The notes beneath the pieces were generated by a model that saw nothing but the letters and a program-made list of their open reading frames with translations, had not been told where the DNA came from and ran no database searches. 61,065 nucleotides of DNA, taken from assembly GCA_903920205.1 (NCBI GenBank), contig CAIXLI010000110.1, forward strand, positions 1-61,065, read 5' to 3'. Every line of letters begins with the position of its first letter. Within the stretch, counting starts at the first letter, position 1. Shown in pieces: positions 26,173 through 35,192 of this stretch. This DNA is from an uncultured Pseudomonadota bacterium. GTDB taxonomy: Bacteria; Pseudomonadota; Alphaproteobacteria; UBA9219. Both the position numbers and the translations under genes were made by a program.

Positions 26173-27389
26173 CCGAAAATCTCCCCCACTTTTTCGACGG
26201 CGGACACTAACGCGTCGATGTCTTCGCGGGTGGTGTAGAGGCCGAAGGAGGCTCGGGCTGTTGCGACTAAGCCCAGATGTTCCATAAGAGGTTGGGCACA
26301 GTGGTGTCCTGCGCGGATGGCGACTCCGCGACGGTCGAGGATGGTGCCGATGTCGTGGGGGTGGGCTTGATCCATCACAAAGGAAATAATGCCGGATTTT
26401 TTTGGTGCGGTGCCGATGATGTGGACGCCTTGGAGGCGCGAGAGTTTGTCGGACGCATAGGCCAAAATTTCGTCTTCGTGGCGGGCGATGGCGGATAGGC
26501 CGATGGCGGAGACGTAATTGATTGCTGCGCCGAAGCCGATGGCTTCGGTGATGGGCGGGGTTCCGGCTTCGAAGCGGTGGGGCGGTTCTTTGTAGGTTGT
26601 TTCGGCAAAGGTGACGCTGGAGATCATGTCGCCGCCGCCTTGATAGGGGGGCATGGTCGCCAAGGCCTCGCGCTTGCCGTAGAGGATGCCGATGCCCGTG
26701 GGGCCGTAGAGTTTGTGGGCGGAGAAGAAGAGGAAGTCGGCGTTCAGGTCGCGCACATCGACCGGCATGTGGCTGATGGATTGGCAGGCGTCGATGAGGG
26801 CTAGGGCTCCTGCCTCATGCGCAAGAGCGACGATTTCTTTGGCGGGGAGGATGGTGCCGAGGACGTTGGAGACATGGGCGAAGGTGACCAATTTTGTGCG
26901 GGGAGACAGGGCGGCTTTGACATCTTCGAGGCGGACTTCGCCTTGGGGTGTTACAGGAACGATGCGCAAGGTGACGCCGATTTGTTCGCGCAGCATTTGC
27001 CACGGGACGATGTTGGCGTGATGTTCAAGCGCGGTCAGGACGATTTCGTCTCCGGCTTTTAAAGATTTGCGACCCCATGTTTGGGCGACGAGGTTGGCAG
27101 ATTCCGTGCCTCCATGGGTCAGGACGATTTCGTCTTCGTGTTCGGCGTTGATGAATTTTTGGATCAGGGGGCGCACGGCTTCGTACTTGTCGGTGGCGCG
27201 TTGGCTGAGGTCGTGGACTCCCCTATGGACGTTGGCGTAGTCGCGCTCCATGAAGCGGGTCATCGCGTCGATCACGGCGCGGGGTTTTTGGGCGCTGGCT
27301 CCCGTGTCCAGATAGGCTAGAGAATAGCCGTGGATGTTTTGCGCCAAGGCGGGAAAGTCTTTGCGGATGCGTGCGATGTCGTAGGTCAT
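26169..27389 (-). CDS. sufS: Cysteine desulfurase
   Basis: 'YLDTGASAQKP', 'EHHANIVPW', PLP lysine in 'SAHK', 'RAGHHCAQP'; true start ATG 27389 overlaps the sufD stop. Confidence 0.96.
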   Translation of the reverse strand: MTYDIARIRKDFPALAQNIHGYSLAYLDTGASAQKPRAVIDAMTRFMERDYANVHRGVHDLSQRATDKYEAVRPLIQKFINAEHEDEIVLTHGGTESANLVAQTWGRKSLKAGDEIVLTALEHHANIVPWQMLREQIGVTLRIVPVTPQGEVRLEDVKAALSPRTKLVTFAHVSNVLGTILPAKEIVALAHEAGALALIDACQSISHMPVDVRDLNADFLFFSAHKLYGPTGIGILYGKREALATMPPYQGGGDMISSVTFAETTYKEPPHRFEAGTPPITEAIGFGAAINYVSAIGLSAIARHEDEILAYASDKLSRLQGVHIIGTAPKKSGIISFVMDQAHPHDIGTILDRRGVAIRAGHHCAQPLMEHLGLVATARASFGLYTTREDIDALVSAVEKVGEIFG

Positions 27390-28453
27390 TGCGCCCATTC
27401 TCCTATCTCGCGGCGAAAAATATCGCGCCATGCTTCGACTTGCACATTGTCTAGCGTTTCGGCGACAAAGGATTCGATGAGCAAGGCGCGGGCTTGGGTT
27501 TCGTTCAGGCCGCGTGCGCGAAGGTAGAACATCGCGTCTTCGTCCAGAGCGCCGATGGCGCTGCCGTGGCTGCATTTTACGTCGTCGGCATAGATTTCCA
27601 ATTCCGGTCTGGCGTCCATTTCGGCTTGGTCGGATAGGAGCAGGGCGCGGCTCATTTGATAGCCGTCGCTTTTTTGGGCGTGGGGGGCGACGGTGATTTT
27701 GCCTTGGAACACGCCTCGGGCTTTGCCGTCGAGGACGGTTTTGTAGACTTGGCGGCTGGCGCAATTCGGGGCTTGGTGGGTGATGCGCGTGGTGGTGTCG
27801 GCATGGTCGGAGCCGCGGAGAAGCATGATGCCGTTCAGGGCGGCTTGAGCCTCTTCGCCTTCCAGCGTTACGTTGATCTCGTTGCGGGCGGGATGGCCTC
27901 CGCGCAGGAGAGAAAAGTTGTTGTAATATCCGCCGCTTGCGACGCGAACTTCGTGTAGCGCCAAATGGGTGCCGGAGGCCAGAATTTTGCCATGCACAAA
28001 TTTGGCGCGGGATTGAAGGGTAATGTCGGTTTCTATTGTGGTGATGGTGTTTGAAGGGAGGTGGTTTTCGAGCAGGGTTAGGCGTCCATTTTTGCCGATG
28101 TCGATGGAAAGCTTGAGCGCGATTTCAGCGGGGGCGTTGGAGTCGGTTTCAAAAACCATCTCGATGGGTTGGGCGACGAGGCAGGTTTGTTCGCCGAGCG
28201 TTAGTTGATAGCCGGATTCTAAATCCCCCATCAGGATGCAAGACGGCACGGAGCCGAAGCGCGAACGCGCAGATTGCCAGACGCCGTTGAGGAAGAGGAG
28301 GTAAGCGCGATTATCCCCGTCTTCGTCATACCGGCGAAAGCCGGTATCCAGATTGAAAGTTTTATTCGTCGAGGCGAGCAAGGCTTCCAGATCGGTGTAT
28401 TTCCAATCTTCCTGTTCGCGGCGGCTGCGGGTGATGAAGGCGGCGAGGGTCAT
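27386..28453 (-). CDS. sufD: Fe-S assembly protein SufD
   Basis: 'EDWKYTDL', 'GVFQGKI', 'AQKSDG', 'PELEIYADDVKCSHG', 'FYLRARG'. Confidence 0.93.
   Translation of the reverse strand: MTLAAFITRSRREQEDWKYTDLEALLASTNKTFNLDTGFRRYDEDGDNRAYLLFLNGVWQSARSRFGSVPSCILMGDLESGYQLTLGEQTCLVAQPIEMVFETDSNAPAEIALKLSIDIGKNGRLTLLENHLPSNTITTIETDITLQSRAKFVHGKILASGTHLALHEVRVASGGYYNNFSLLRGGHPARNEINVTLEGEEAQAALNGIMLLRGSDHADTTTRITHQAPNCASRQVYKTVLDGKARGVFQGKITVAPHAQKSDGYQMSRALLLSDQAEMDARPELEIYADDVKCSHGSAIGALDEDAMFYLRARGLNETQARALLIESFVAETLDNVQVEAWRDIFRREIGEWAQ
28324..28351 (+). repeat. REP/RPE-like palindromic element inside the sufD coding sequence
   Basis: CGTCATACCGGC-GAAA-GCCGGTATCCAG with a perfect 8-bp stem and GAAA loop; reads LDTGFRRYD in SufD. 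Confidence 0.75.
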
Positions 28454-29133
28454 GACACAAAGCCTCTCTTGCGGAGGATAGGGGGCATGTCTTGCAAGGC
28501 ATCAATCAGATGATCGGGTTTGGCCTCGCGCAGTCTTTCTTTGGTTGCGAAGCCGCCTGTAATGGCGATGCTTGTTAAACCAGTTTCGCGGGCGATATGC
28601 GTTTCTTCCGGCGTGTCTCCGACTACGATCCCGTTTTCAGGGCGTAGCCCATGATCGCGCATGAGCGTTTTGAGCCTTTCGCCTTTGGGGTGCCAGCCTC
28701 TTTGTGTTTCACGGTTTTCGTGGGCTAGGATGTTCCAGAAGAAAGACTTTGCGTTCAGCCTGTGCAGATGATCCTCGATGGAGGGAACAAGGTGGTTGCT
28801 GAGGATGATGTGCCGGATATTCCTTTGATGCGTCTCTTGTAATATTTCTCTGGCGTCTTTCCGAAAACCGACAGACAGGATTCCTTCGTCATAGGCGTCG
28901 TGATAAAGATTTTGATGCGCGATTTTGTCGCGGGCGACTTCTTCTTCCGAAAAACCGTTGTTGAAATATAGTTTTTCTATCGGCACTTCAAAAGTGGATT
29001 GGTAGCCGTGCGTGTCTATCTTCTTTTTTCCGCTGTGGGATAGGATGCGGTTGAAGCATGCCACGTTAAGCGGCGTGTCTTCGATCAAGGTTCCGTTCCA
29101 ATCCCAGACGATGAATTTGATCGCCGCGTTCAT
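28450..29133 (-). CDS. HAD-family phosphatase
   Basis: Motif I 'WDWNGTL', motif II 'LSN', Lys 'PK', motif IV 'VGDTPEE', 'PDHLI'. Confidence 0.88.
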   Translation of the reverse strand: MNAAIKFIVWDWNGTLIEDTPLNVACFNRILSHSGKKKIDTHGYQSTFEVPIEKLYFNNGFSEEEVARDKIAHQNLYHDAYDEGILSVGFRKDAREILQETHQRNIRHIILSNHLVPSIEDHLHRLNAKSFFWNILAHENRETQRGWHPKGERLKTLMRDHGLRPENGIVVGDTPEETHIARETGLTSIAITGGFATKERLREAKPDHLIDALQDMPPILRKRGFVS

Positions 29134-29134
29134 G

Positions 29135-29884
29135 TCAGGCCGCCTCGTTCACGAAATCGGTATAGCCTTTTTCTTCCAATTCATGCGCCAGTTCTGCGCC
29201 GCCGCTACGGCGAATTTTGCCGTAGGCGAGGACATGCACCGCGTCGGGTTTGATGTAATCCAGTAGGCGTTGATAGTGGGTGATGACCAGCATCGACCTT
29301 TCGGGGGAGCGCAGGGCGTTGACGCCGTCGGCGACGATCTTTAACGCGTCGATGTCGAGGCCGCTGTCGGTTTCGTCGAGAATGCATAAAGAGGGTTCCA
29401 AAACCGCCATTTGCAAAATCTCGTTGCGCTTTTTCTCGCCGCCGGAAAAGCCGACATTGACGGCGCGTTTCAGCATATCCTCGGACAAGCCGATAGCCGA
29501 GGCCTTGCCGCGCAGGAGTTTGAGCGTTTGCATGGCGTCGAGCGGGCTTTGCCCCCGCGAGGCGCGGATGGCGTTGAGGGCGGTTTTGAGAAACACCATG
29601 TTGCTGACGCCTGGGATTTCGACGGGGTATTGCATCGCTAAAAAGACTCCCGCTGCGGCGCGTTCTTCCGTGTTCAAGCTTAACAAATCCCGCCCTTTGA
29701 ACGTCACGCTGCCTTCGGTCACATCGTATCCGGCGCGGTCTGAGAGGATATAAGACAACGTGCTTTTCCCCGACCCATTCGGCCCCATGATCGCATGCAC
29801 TTGGCCTGCGGGGATCGACAGGTCGATGCCCTTAAGAATTTCTTTGCCGCCGATTGAGGCGTGGAGGTTTTTGATGGTGAGCAT
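29135..29884 (-). CDS. sufC: Fe-S assembly ATPase SufC
   Basis: GPNGSGKST, 'FSGGEKKRNE', 'ILDETDSGLDID', 'ITHYQRLL'. Confidence 0.97.
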   Translation of the reverse strand: MLTIKNLHASIGGKEILKGIDLSIPAGQVHAIMGPNGSGKSTLSYILSDRAGYDVTEGSVTFKGRDLLSLNTEERAAAGVFLAMQYPVEIPGVSNMVFLKTALNAIRASRGQSPLDAMQTLKLLRGKASAIGLSEDMLKRAVNVGFSGGEKKRNEILQMAVLEPSLCILDETDSGLDIDALKIVADGVNALRSPERSMLVITHYQRLLDYIKPDAVHVLAYGKIRRSGGAELAHELEEKGYTDFVNEAA

Positions 29885-29906
29885 TATGTTCTTCTCCTTT
29901 GGGATG

Positions 29907-31370
29907 TTATCCCACGCTTCCTTCTAGGCTAATGGCTACGAGTTTCTGCGCTTCGACGGCGAATTCCATGGGGAGTTCTTGCAAGACTTCTTTGCAGAAT
30001 CCGTTGACGATCAGCGCCATGGCTTCTTCGGTGTTGAGGCCGCGTTGTTGGCAGTAGAAGATTTGGTCTTCGCTGACTTTCGATGTTGTGGCTTCGTGTT
30101 CGACACGCGCTTGGGGTTGGCGGGATTCGAGCGCGGGGAAGGTGTGGGCACCGCAGGCGTCGCCTATCAAAAGGCTGTCGCATTGCGTTTTGTTGCGTGC
30201 ACCCTTTGCCGTGCGGAGAATTTTGACGAGGCCGCGATAGGTGTTTTGGGCGCGTCCGGCGCTGATGCCTTTGGAGATGATCGTCGAGCGTGTGTTTTTG
30301 CCGATATGGATCATCTTGGTGCCGGTATCGGCTTGCTGGCAGTTATTGGCGATGGCGACGGAATAGAATTCGCCGATGGAACCATCGCCTTGCAAAATAC
30401 AGCTTGGGTATTTCCATGTGATCGCCGAGCCTGTTTCGACTTGCGTCCATGAGATTTTAGAACGATTGCCGCGACACGCGCCGCGTTTGGTGACGAAGTT
30501 ATAGATGCCGCCTTTGCCGTCTTTATCGCCAGGGTACCAGTTTTGCACCGTCGAGTATTTAATCGCGGCGTCGTCGAGTGCGACAAGTTCGACCACCGCC
30601 GCGTGCAGTTGGTTTTCGTCGCGCTTGGGCGCTGTGCAGCCTTCAAGATAGCTGACCGACGCGCCTTCATCGGCGATAATCAGGGTGCGCTCGAATTGGC
30701 CTGTGTTTTCGGCGTTGATGCGGAAATAGGTCGAAAGTTCCATCGGGCAGCGCACGCCGCGGGGGATGTAGACGAACGACCCGTCGGTAAAAACGGCGGA
30801 GTTGAGCGTGGCGAAGAAATTATCCGTCATTGGCACAACGGAGCCTAGATATTTTCTGACTAAGTCGGGATGCGTGATGACGGCTTCGGAGATTGGGCAG
30901 AAGATGATGCCGTGGGATTCCAATTCTTTTTTATAGGTCGTGGCGACCGATACGCTGTCGAAGACGGCATCGACCGCGACGCGGCGTTCTGCGACGCCCG
31001 CTAGCCTTTCCTGTTCCTGCAAAGGAATGCCGAGTTTGGCGTAGGTCTTCAGCAATTCGGGATCGACATCGTCGAGCGTTTGCGGCTTGGCGCTTTGCTT
31101 GGGGGCGGCGTAGTAGGAGGCGCTTTGGTAGTTGATAGGGGGATAGTGAATTTTCGCCCAATGCGGTTCGCTCATCGTCTTCCAATGGTGGAAGGCTTTT
31201 AAACGCCATTCCAAAAGCCATGCGGGTTCGTTCTTTTTTGCCGAGATGAAGCGCACGATGTCTTCATTGACGCCGAGGGGGGCTGTTTCCTGCTCGATGG
31301 CGGTGACGAAGCCGTATTTGTATTTCTGTTCCGCCAAATTCTTGGCGAGCGTTTGGGTTTTTGCGGTCAT
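29907..31370 (-). CDS. sufB: Fe-S assembly scaffold SufB
   Basis: 'DAVFDSVSV', 'STYFRIN', 'GQFERTL', 'YLEGCTAP', 'QQADTGTKM', 'HEATTS'. Confidence 0.97.
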   Translation of the reverse strand: MTAKTQTLAKNLAEQKYKYGFVTAIEQETAPLGVNEDIVRFISAKKNEPAWLLEWRLKAFHHWKTMSEPHWAKIHYPPINYQSASYYAAPKQSAKPQTLDDVDPELLKTYAKLGIPLQEQERLAGVAERRVAVDAVFDSVSVATTYKKELESHGIIFCPISEAVITHPDLVRKYLGSVVPMTDNFFATLNSAVFTDGSFVYIPRGVRCPMELSTYFRINAENTGQFERTLIIADEGASVSYLEGCTAPKRDENQLHAAVVELVALDDAAIKYSTVQNWYPGDKDGKGGIYNFVTKRGACRGNRSKISWTQVETGSAITWKYPSCILQGDGSIGEFYSVAIANNCQQADTGTKMIHIGKNTRSTIISKGISAGRAQNTYRGLVKILRTAKGARNKTQCDSLLIGDACGAHTFPALESRQPQARVEHEATTSKVSEDQIFYCQQRGLNTEEAMALIVNGFCKEVLQELPMEFAVEAQKLVAISLEGSVG

Positions 31371-31371
31371 A

Positions 31372-31827
31372 TTAAGGACCCTCGGCGTGGGTTGCGCCGC
31401 TTTCGATGACGGGCAGGGGTGTCAGGCACATTTCGGCCAAGGATACGCTCGTTAAGGCGCGGCGCACTGCTACGTTGACCTTTTTCCATCCGTTGCTCAT
31501 GGGGCAGACACCGTCGAGCTGGCAGCCTTCATGCGGGTTGCTGTCGGCGCAATCGGTCAGGGAGATGGGGCCGTCCATGGCTTCGATGATCTCCGCCACC
31601 GAGATTTCAGAAGTGCTCCGCGCCAGACGATAGCCGCCCGTCGCGCCGCGCTGCGCTTGAATAACGCCGCTTTTCGCCATCAGTTTAAGAATTTTGGCGA
31701 CCGTGGGCATCGGAAGGCCTGTCGTGTCCGCTAACCCCGAAGCCGCCCATAAATCGCCTTCCTTTCCGCTCCCCATATGGGAGAGGAGGGTGACGGCGTA
31801 ATCGGTCAGGCGGCTAAGACGGATCAT
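31372..31827 (-). CDS. Rrf2-family SUF system regulator (IscR-like)
   Basis: 'LSRLTDYA', wHTH 'RGATGGYRL', three Cys in '[16 protein letters not shown]'. Confidence 0.9.
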   Translation of the reverse strand: MIRLSRLTDYAVTLLSHMGSGKEGDLWAASGLADTTGLPMPTVAKILKLMAKSGVIQAQRGATGGYRLARSTSEISVAEIIEAMDGPISLTDCADSNPHEGCQLDGVCPMSNGWKKVNVAVRRALTSVSLAEMCLTPLPVIESGATHAEGP

Positions 31828-31842
31828 AGGGTGGGTATTAGC

Positions 31843-31867
31843 AATCCGTACTGTGTAAGTCCAGATT
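31843..31867. promoter_or_regulatory. Imperfect dyad, candidate Rrf2 autoregulatory operator
   Basis: AATCCGTAC-TGTGTAA-GTCCAGATT, 9-bp arms with 2 mismatches, 15 bp upstream of the regulator ATG. Confidence 0.35.
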
Positions 31868-32126
31868 AAATTTTCAGGAAATACACAAGTAATGGGTTGT
31901 TTTTATAGGAACTGGGTGGATTAGGACAAAAACCCTGCAAAACAAGAAAAAATCTTACTTAAGGCATCCACTCCTGCTCTTTTGCGCAGAAAAAGGAAGG
32001 CCATTTCATGTCTTATCAACCAATATGAGGTACGATTTATTTGTATGAGTATGAATTGAAAGAGTTTTATTGGGAAATTTGAACTGTGGTCACTCTGCGT
32101 TTTTTTTGAAATCTTTAGGTGGTAAA

Positions 32127-32879
32127 ATGAGCATTTTAAAGAAGAGCTCTATGCGTCAAAAAGTTTTAGCGCCCCTCCTTGTTGCCGGTACCTTAGCTTC
32201 CACACCGGTCGTTGCAAAAGCAGAGACGCCTATTGTCATCGAAACGCGCGACCCTACGTTGGATGCTCTCCGCAAGGATCACCCCGCAATCTCTCAATCG
32301 CTTCAGTTAAATCGAGATGGCCCGGAAAATGGGGGTGTGCCTCAGAACGAGGCGCAGAAACAGGCTATGGTTAAGGCTGCCGTCAAAGACATTTACATCG
32401 GTGAAGCGCGTCAGGCTTTCGAGAATCTTATGGCAATTAAAGGCGAGCCAGGCCGCCTTCAGGAGAGCCTTGCGCTACAGAAGGGCATCGGGGTGGCGCT
32501 GGATGTGGCTGGCGCGGACTATTCAGTCATTCGTCCTGAAGAGAAGAAAAGCAACGGGCAGAGGCGGGCCGAAGTCGTTGCTGCCGTCAAAGGGGCAGGC
32601 ATCGCCGAAGCGCGTGATTGCTTCAGAGAACTTCAGGGAATCACGGATGAACCTGATAACCGCAAGGAGCGTATTGTTCTTCAGGGGCGCATCAAGGGGG
32701 CTCTGGACGTAGTTCATGAGGATTATTCAGCCCTTGATCCTAAAGGGCAGAAAACCAATGCGCAGATGAAAAAACAAGTTGAGGCGCTTGGGATGCCTGC
32801 CAAATCGACCATAAATCAAACCCTCGCGCAGTCCTTGGGTTCCAGCAAGCGGCGACTGATGTCTAGCGCCCCGTCTTAG
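32127..32879 (+). CDS. Hypothetical exported protein with two 68-aa repeats
   Basis: Signal-peptide-like N-terminus (AKA-E); repeats start at 32376 and 32580; AGGTGG upstream of ATG. Confidence 0.6.
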   Translation: MSILKKSSMRQKVLAPLLVAGTLASTPVVAKAETPIVIETRDPTLDALRKDHPAISQSLQLNRDGPENGGVPQNEAQKQAMVKAAVKDIYIGEARQAFENLMAIKGEPGRLQESLALQKGIGVALDVAGADYSVIRPEEKKSNGQRRAEVVAAVKGAGIAEARDCFRELQGITDEPDNRKERIVLQGRIKGALDVVHEDYSALDPKGQKTNAQMKKQVEALGMPAKSTINQTLAQSLGSSKRRLMSSAPS

Positions 32880-32981
32880 GTTGCTGTGCCCATTAATTAT
32901 TCCGCTTTTGCCGGCTGCTTCAAAGAATGTCGTGGGAAGAATTAGGGGCAAGATACGGTTCCGCTTGCCGAAATCATCGGG

Positions 32982-33257
32982 ATGGGATTAAAGTCCTTGC
33001 CCATGAAGGAATCGACAGCCCATATTCCGGCGGAGATCGCCGCGCTTAGTTTTGAGGACGCTTTGGTCGAGCTGGAAAAGCTCGTGAAGCAGCTTGAGGA
33101 CGGCAAGGCCAAGCTTGACGATGCGATCAAGGCTTATGAACGCGGCGCTTTGCTCAAACGGCACTGCGAAACGAAATTGCGCGAGGCGCAGGCCAAGATC
33201 GAACAAATTGCCATCGGCGCCGACGGCTCGGTTTCGGCTAAGCCTTTTCAATCCTAA
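32982..33257 (+). CDS. xseB: Exodeoxyribonuclease VII small subunit
   Basis: 'SFEDALVELEKLVKQLEDG..LDDAIKAYERG..L..HC..KL..A'; start may be ATG 33003. Confidence 0.93.
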   Translation: MGLKSLPMKESTAHIPAEIAALSFEDALVELEKLVKQLEDGKAKLDDAIKAYERGALLKRHCETKLREAQAKIEQIAIGADGSVSAKPFQS

Positions 33258-33297
33258 TCTTCTCTCCTCTTCCAACCTCTAACCCCCATTCTTTTTC

Positions 33298-34197
33298 ATG
33301 CCCTCAGTAAGCCCCACTCTGGCCTCCGCCATGACCGAAGCCGCCACCGCTGTCGCCGACGCGCTGGAACGCATTCTGCCTAAATCCGATTTTCCCGAAA
33401 ACAAGCTGTTTGAGGCTATGCGCTATGGTGCGTTGAATGGCGGCAAGCGGTTGCGCCCGTTTTTGGTGATGAGCTCGGCGCGTATTTTCGGCGTCGGCGA
33501 CGAATGCGCTTTGCGCGCCGCCGCCGCTGTCGAATGCGTGCATTGCTATTCGCTGGTGCATGACGATTTGCCCGCGATGGACGATTCCGATCTGCGGCGT
33601 GGCAATCCGACGGTGCATAAAAAGTACGACGAAGCGACCGCGATCTTGGCGGGGGATGCGCTGCTGACCATTGCGTTTGAAATTCTCGCTGACCCGCGCA
33701 CGCATGAAGACCCGCAAGTGCGTTGCCGCCTTGTAACCGCTTTGGCGCGGGCTTCGGGCGTGCATGGCATGGTGGGGGGGCAGATGCTCGACCTCATCGC
33801 CGAAACGACGCAGCTTGATATTGGCGCGATCACGCGTTTGCAGCGTTTGAAAACCGGCGAGTTGATCGCCGTTTCAACCGAAGCGGGCGCTATTCTGGGC
33901 AAGGCTTCGCAACAGCACACCAACGCGCTTCGCGCTTATGCGCATGATCTTGGGTTGGCGTTCCAGATTATCGACGATCTGTTGGACGCCGAAGGGACGG
34001 AAGCCGAAACCGGCAAGCCTGTCGGGCGCGATGCTGTGGCGGGGAAGGCGACTTTTGTCACCATTCTGGGCGCGGAACGTGCACGGAGCCAAGCCAAGCT
34101 TTTGTCGGAACAAGCCATCAGCCATCTGTCGGTCTTCGAAGGCCGCGCCAAGCATCTGGAAGATGTCGCGCGGTTTGTTGTGGATCGCAAAAACTAA
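33298..34197 (+). CDS. ispA: Farnesyl/geranyl diphosphate synthase
   Basis: 'GGKRLRP', FARM 'HDDLPAMD', 'RRG', 'GGQMLD', 'KTG', SARM 'FQIIDDLLD'. Confidence 0.94.
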   Translation: MPSVSPTLASAMTEAATAVADALERILPKSDFPENKLFEAMRYGALNGGKRLRPFLVMSSARIFGVGDECALRAAAAVECVHCYSLVHDDLPAMDDSDLRRGNPTVHKKYDEATAILAGDALLTIAFEILADPRTHEDPQVRCRLVTALARASGVHGMVGGQMLDLIAETTQLDIGAITRLQRLKTGELIAVSTEAGAILGKASQQHTNALRAYAHDLGLAFQIIDDLLDAEGTEAETGKPVGRDAVAGKATFVTILGAERARSQAKLLSEQAISHLSVFEGRAKHLEDVARFVVDRKN

Positions 34198-34206
34198 GGT
34201 TATTCT

Positions 34207-34920
34207 TTGTCTCTCGCTCTTGCGCCGCATATTCTTGTCGTTGACGATGATACGCGTTTACGGGGGCTGTTGGCTCGGTATCTGGGGGAGCAGGGTTTTA
34301 TCGTGGCGACGGCGCGTAATGCTGGGGACGCTCGTGCCAAACTAAAAAGTCTCGCTTTCGATCTCATGGTGCTGGACGTCATGATGCCCGGCGAAAACGG
34401 TTTTGATCTGACCCGCGCTTTGCGTCTGGAGAGTGTGGGCGTTCTGCCTCTGCCGATTTTGCTTTTGACAGCCAAAGGCGAAACCGAAGACCGCATCGAA
34501 GGGTTAGAGGCAGGCGCCGACGATTATCTGATGAAGCCGTTTGAACCGCGGGAACTGCTCTTGCGCATCAACGCCATTTTGCGCCGCGCCCCGAAACCGA
34601 AAGCTGACGTGAAAACCGAATTGCGCCTCGGCGTGTGGACCTACGATCCCGAACGCAACGAGCTGAAATCAGCCAACGAGATCGTCGCCCTGACAGGCAT
34701 GGAGGCCGGGTTGATGCGCGTTTTGGCGGAAGCCCAGGGCCAAGTTCTCAGCCGCGAAATCCTCGCCGAACGCAGCGCCGCAGGGCAAGCGATTAACGAC
34801 CGCACCATAGACGTTCAAGTAACCCGCCTGCGCCGCAAAATCGAAGCCGACCCCAAAAACCCCCGCTACCTTGTCACCGTTCGCGGCGAGGGGTATAGTT
34901 TGAGGCCGGATGCTGAATAA
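34207..34920 (+). CDS. OmpR-family response regulator (no adjacent kinase)
   Basis: 'VVDDD', 'LDVMMPGE', 'GADDYLMKPF', 'DRTIDVQVTRLRRKIE', 'TVRGEGY'. Confidence 0.93.
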   Translation: MSLALAPHILVVDDDTRLRGLLARYLGEQGFIVATARNAGDARAKLKSLAFDLMVLDVMMPGENGFDLTRALRLESVGVLPLPILLLTAKGETEDRIEGLEAGADDYLMKPFEPRELLLRINAILRRAPKPKADVKTELRLGVWTYDPERNELKSANEIVALTGMEAGLMRVLAEAQGQVLSREILAERSAAGQAINDRTIDVQVTRLRRKIEADPKNPRYLVTVRGEGYSLRPDAE

Positions 34921-34985
34921 GGGGGTCGCCTTCCGTAAGGCTTAAAAATTAGGATTCAATAACAAAGGATTACGAAAACATTGTT

Positions 34986-35004
34986 TTCACCCTTTATTAA
35001 CCAT
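34986..35004 (+). promoter_or_regulatory. CtrA-like box
   Basis: TTCA-CCCTTTA-TTAACCAT: one mismatch to TTAA-N7-TTAAC, and contains TTAACCAT. Confidence 0.5.
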
Positions 35005-35048
35005 GAAAAATAGGGTATAGTCTTTCCTAACGAATGGGGAGGAGCTTC

Positions 35049-35192
35049 ATGGTTATCGATTTCATTCATTACGTTGAAATGAAAAAAGCTCAAGAGGCTG
35101 CTTTGCAGGCTGAGCGCGATGCCGAGCTCGCCCGCCGCGAACATTTGGAAACGTTCCTTTCCGATATGCTGGCGGAATTGCTGGCAGCCTAA
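35049..35192 (+). CDS. Unannotated 47-aa helical small protein
   Basis: GGGGAGGAG RBS then ATG; MVIDFIHYVEMKKAQEAALQAERDAELARREHLETFLSDMLAELLAA*; below the ORF-track size cutoff. Confidence 0.65.
   Translation: MVIDFIHYVEMKKAQEAALQAERDAELARREHLETFLSDMLAELLAA

Noticed and set aside
27390-27764. Arg-rich 125-aa N-terminal extension of SufS in the ORF track
   Set aside because: Overlaps sufD in another frame; the real start is ATG 27389 with an ATGA overlap
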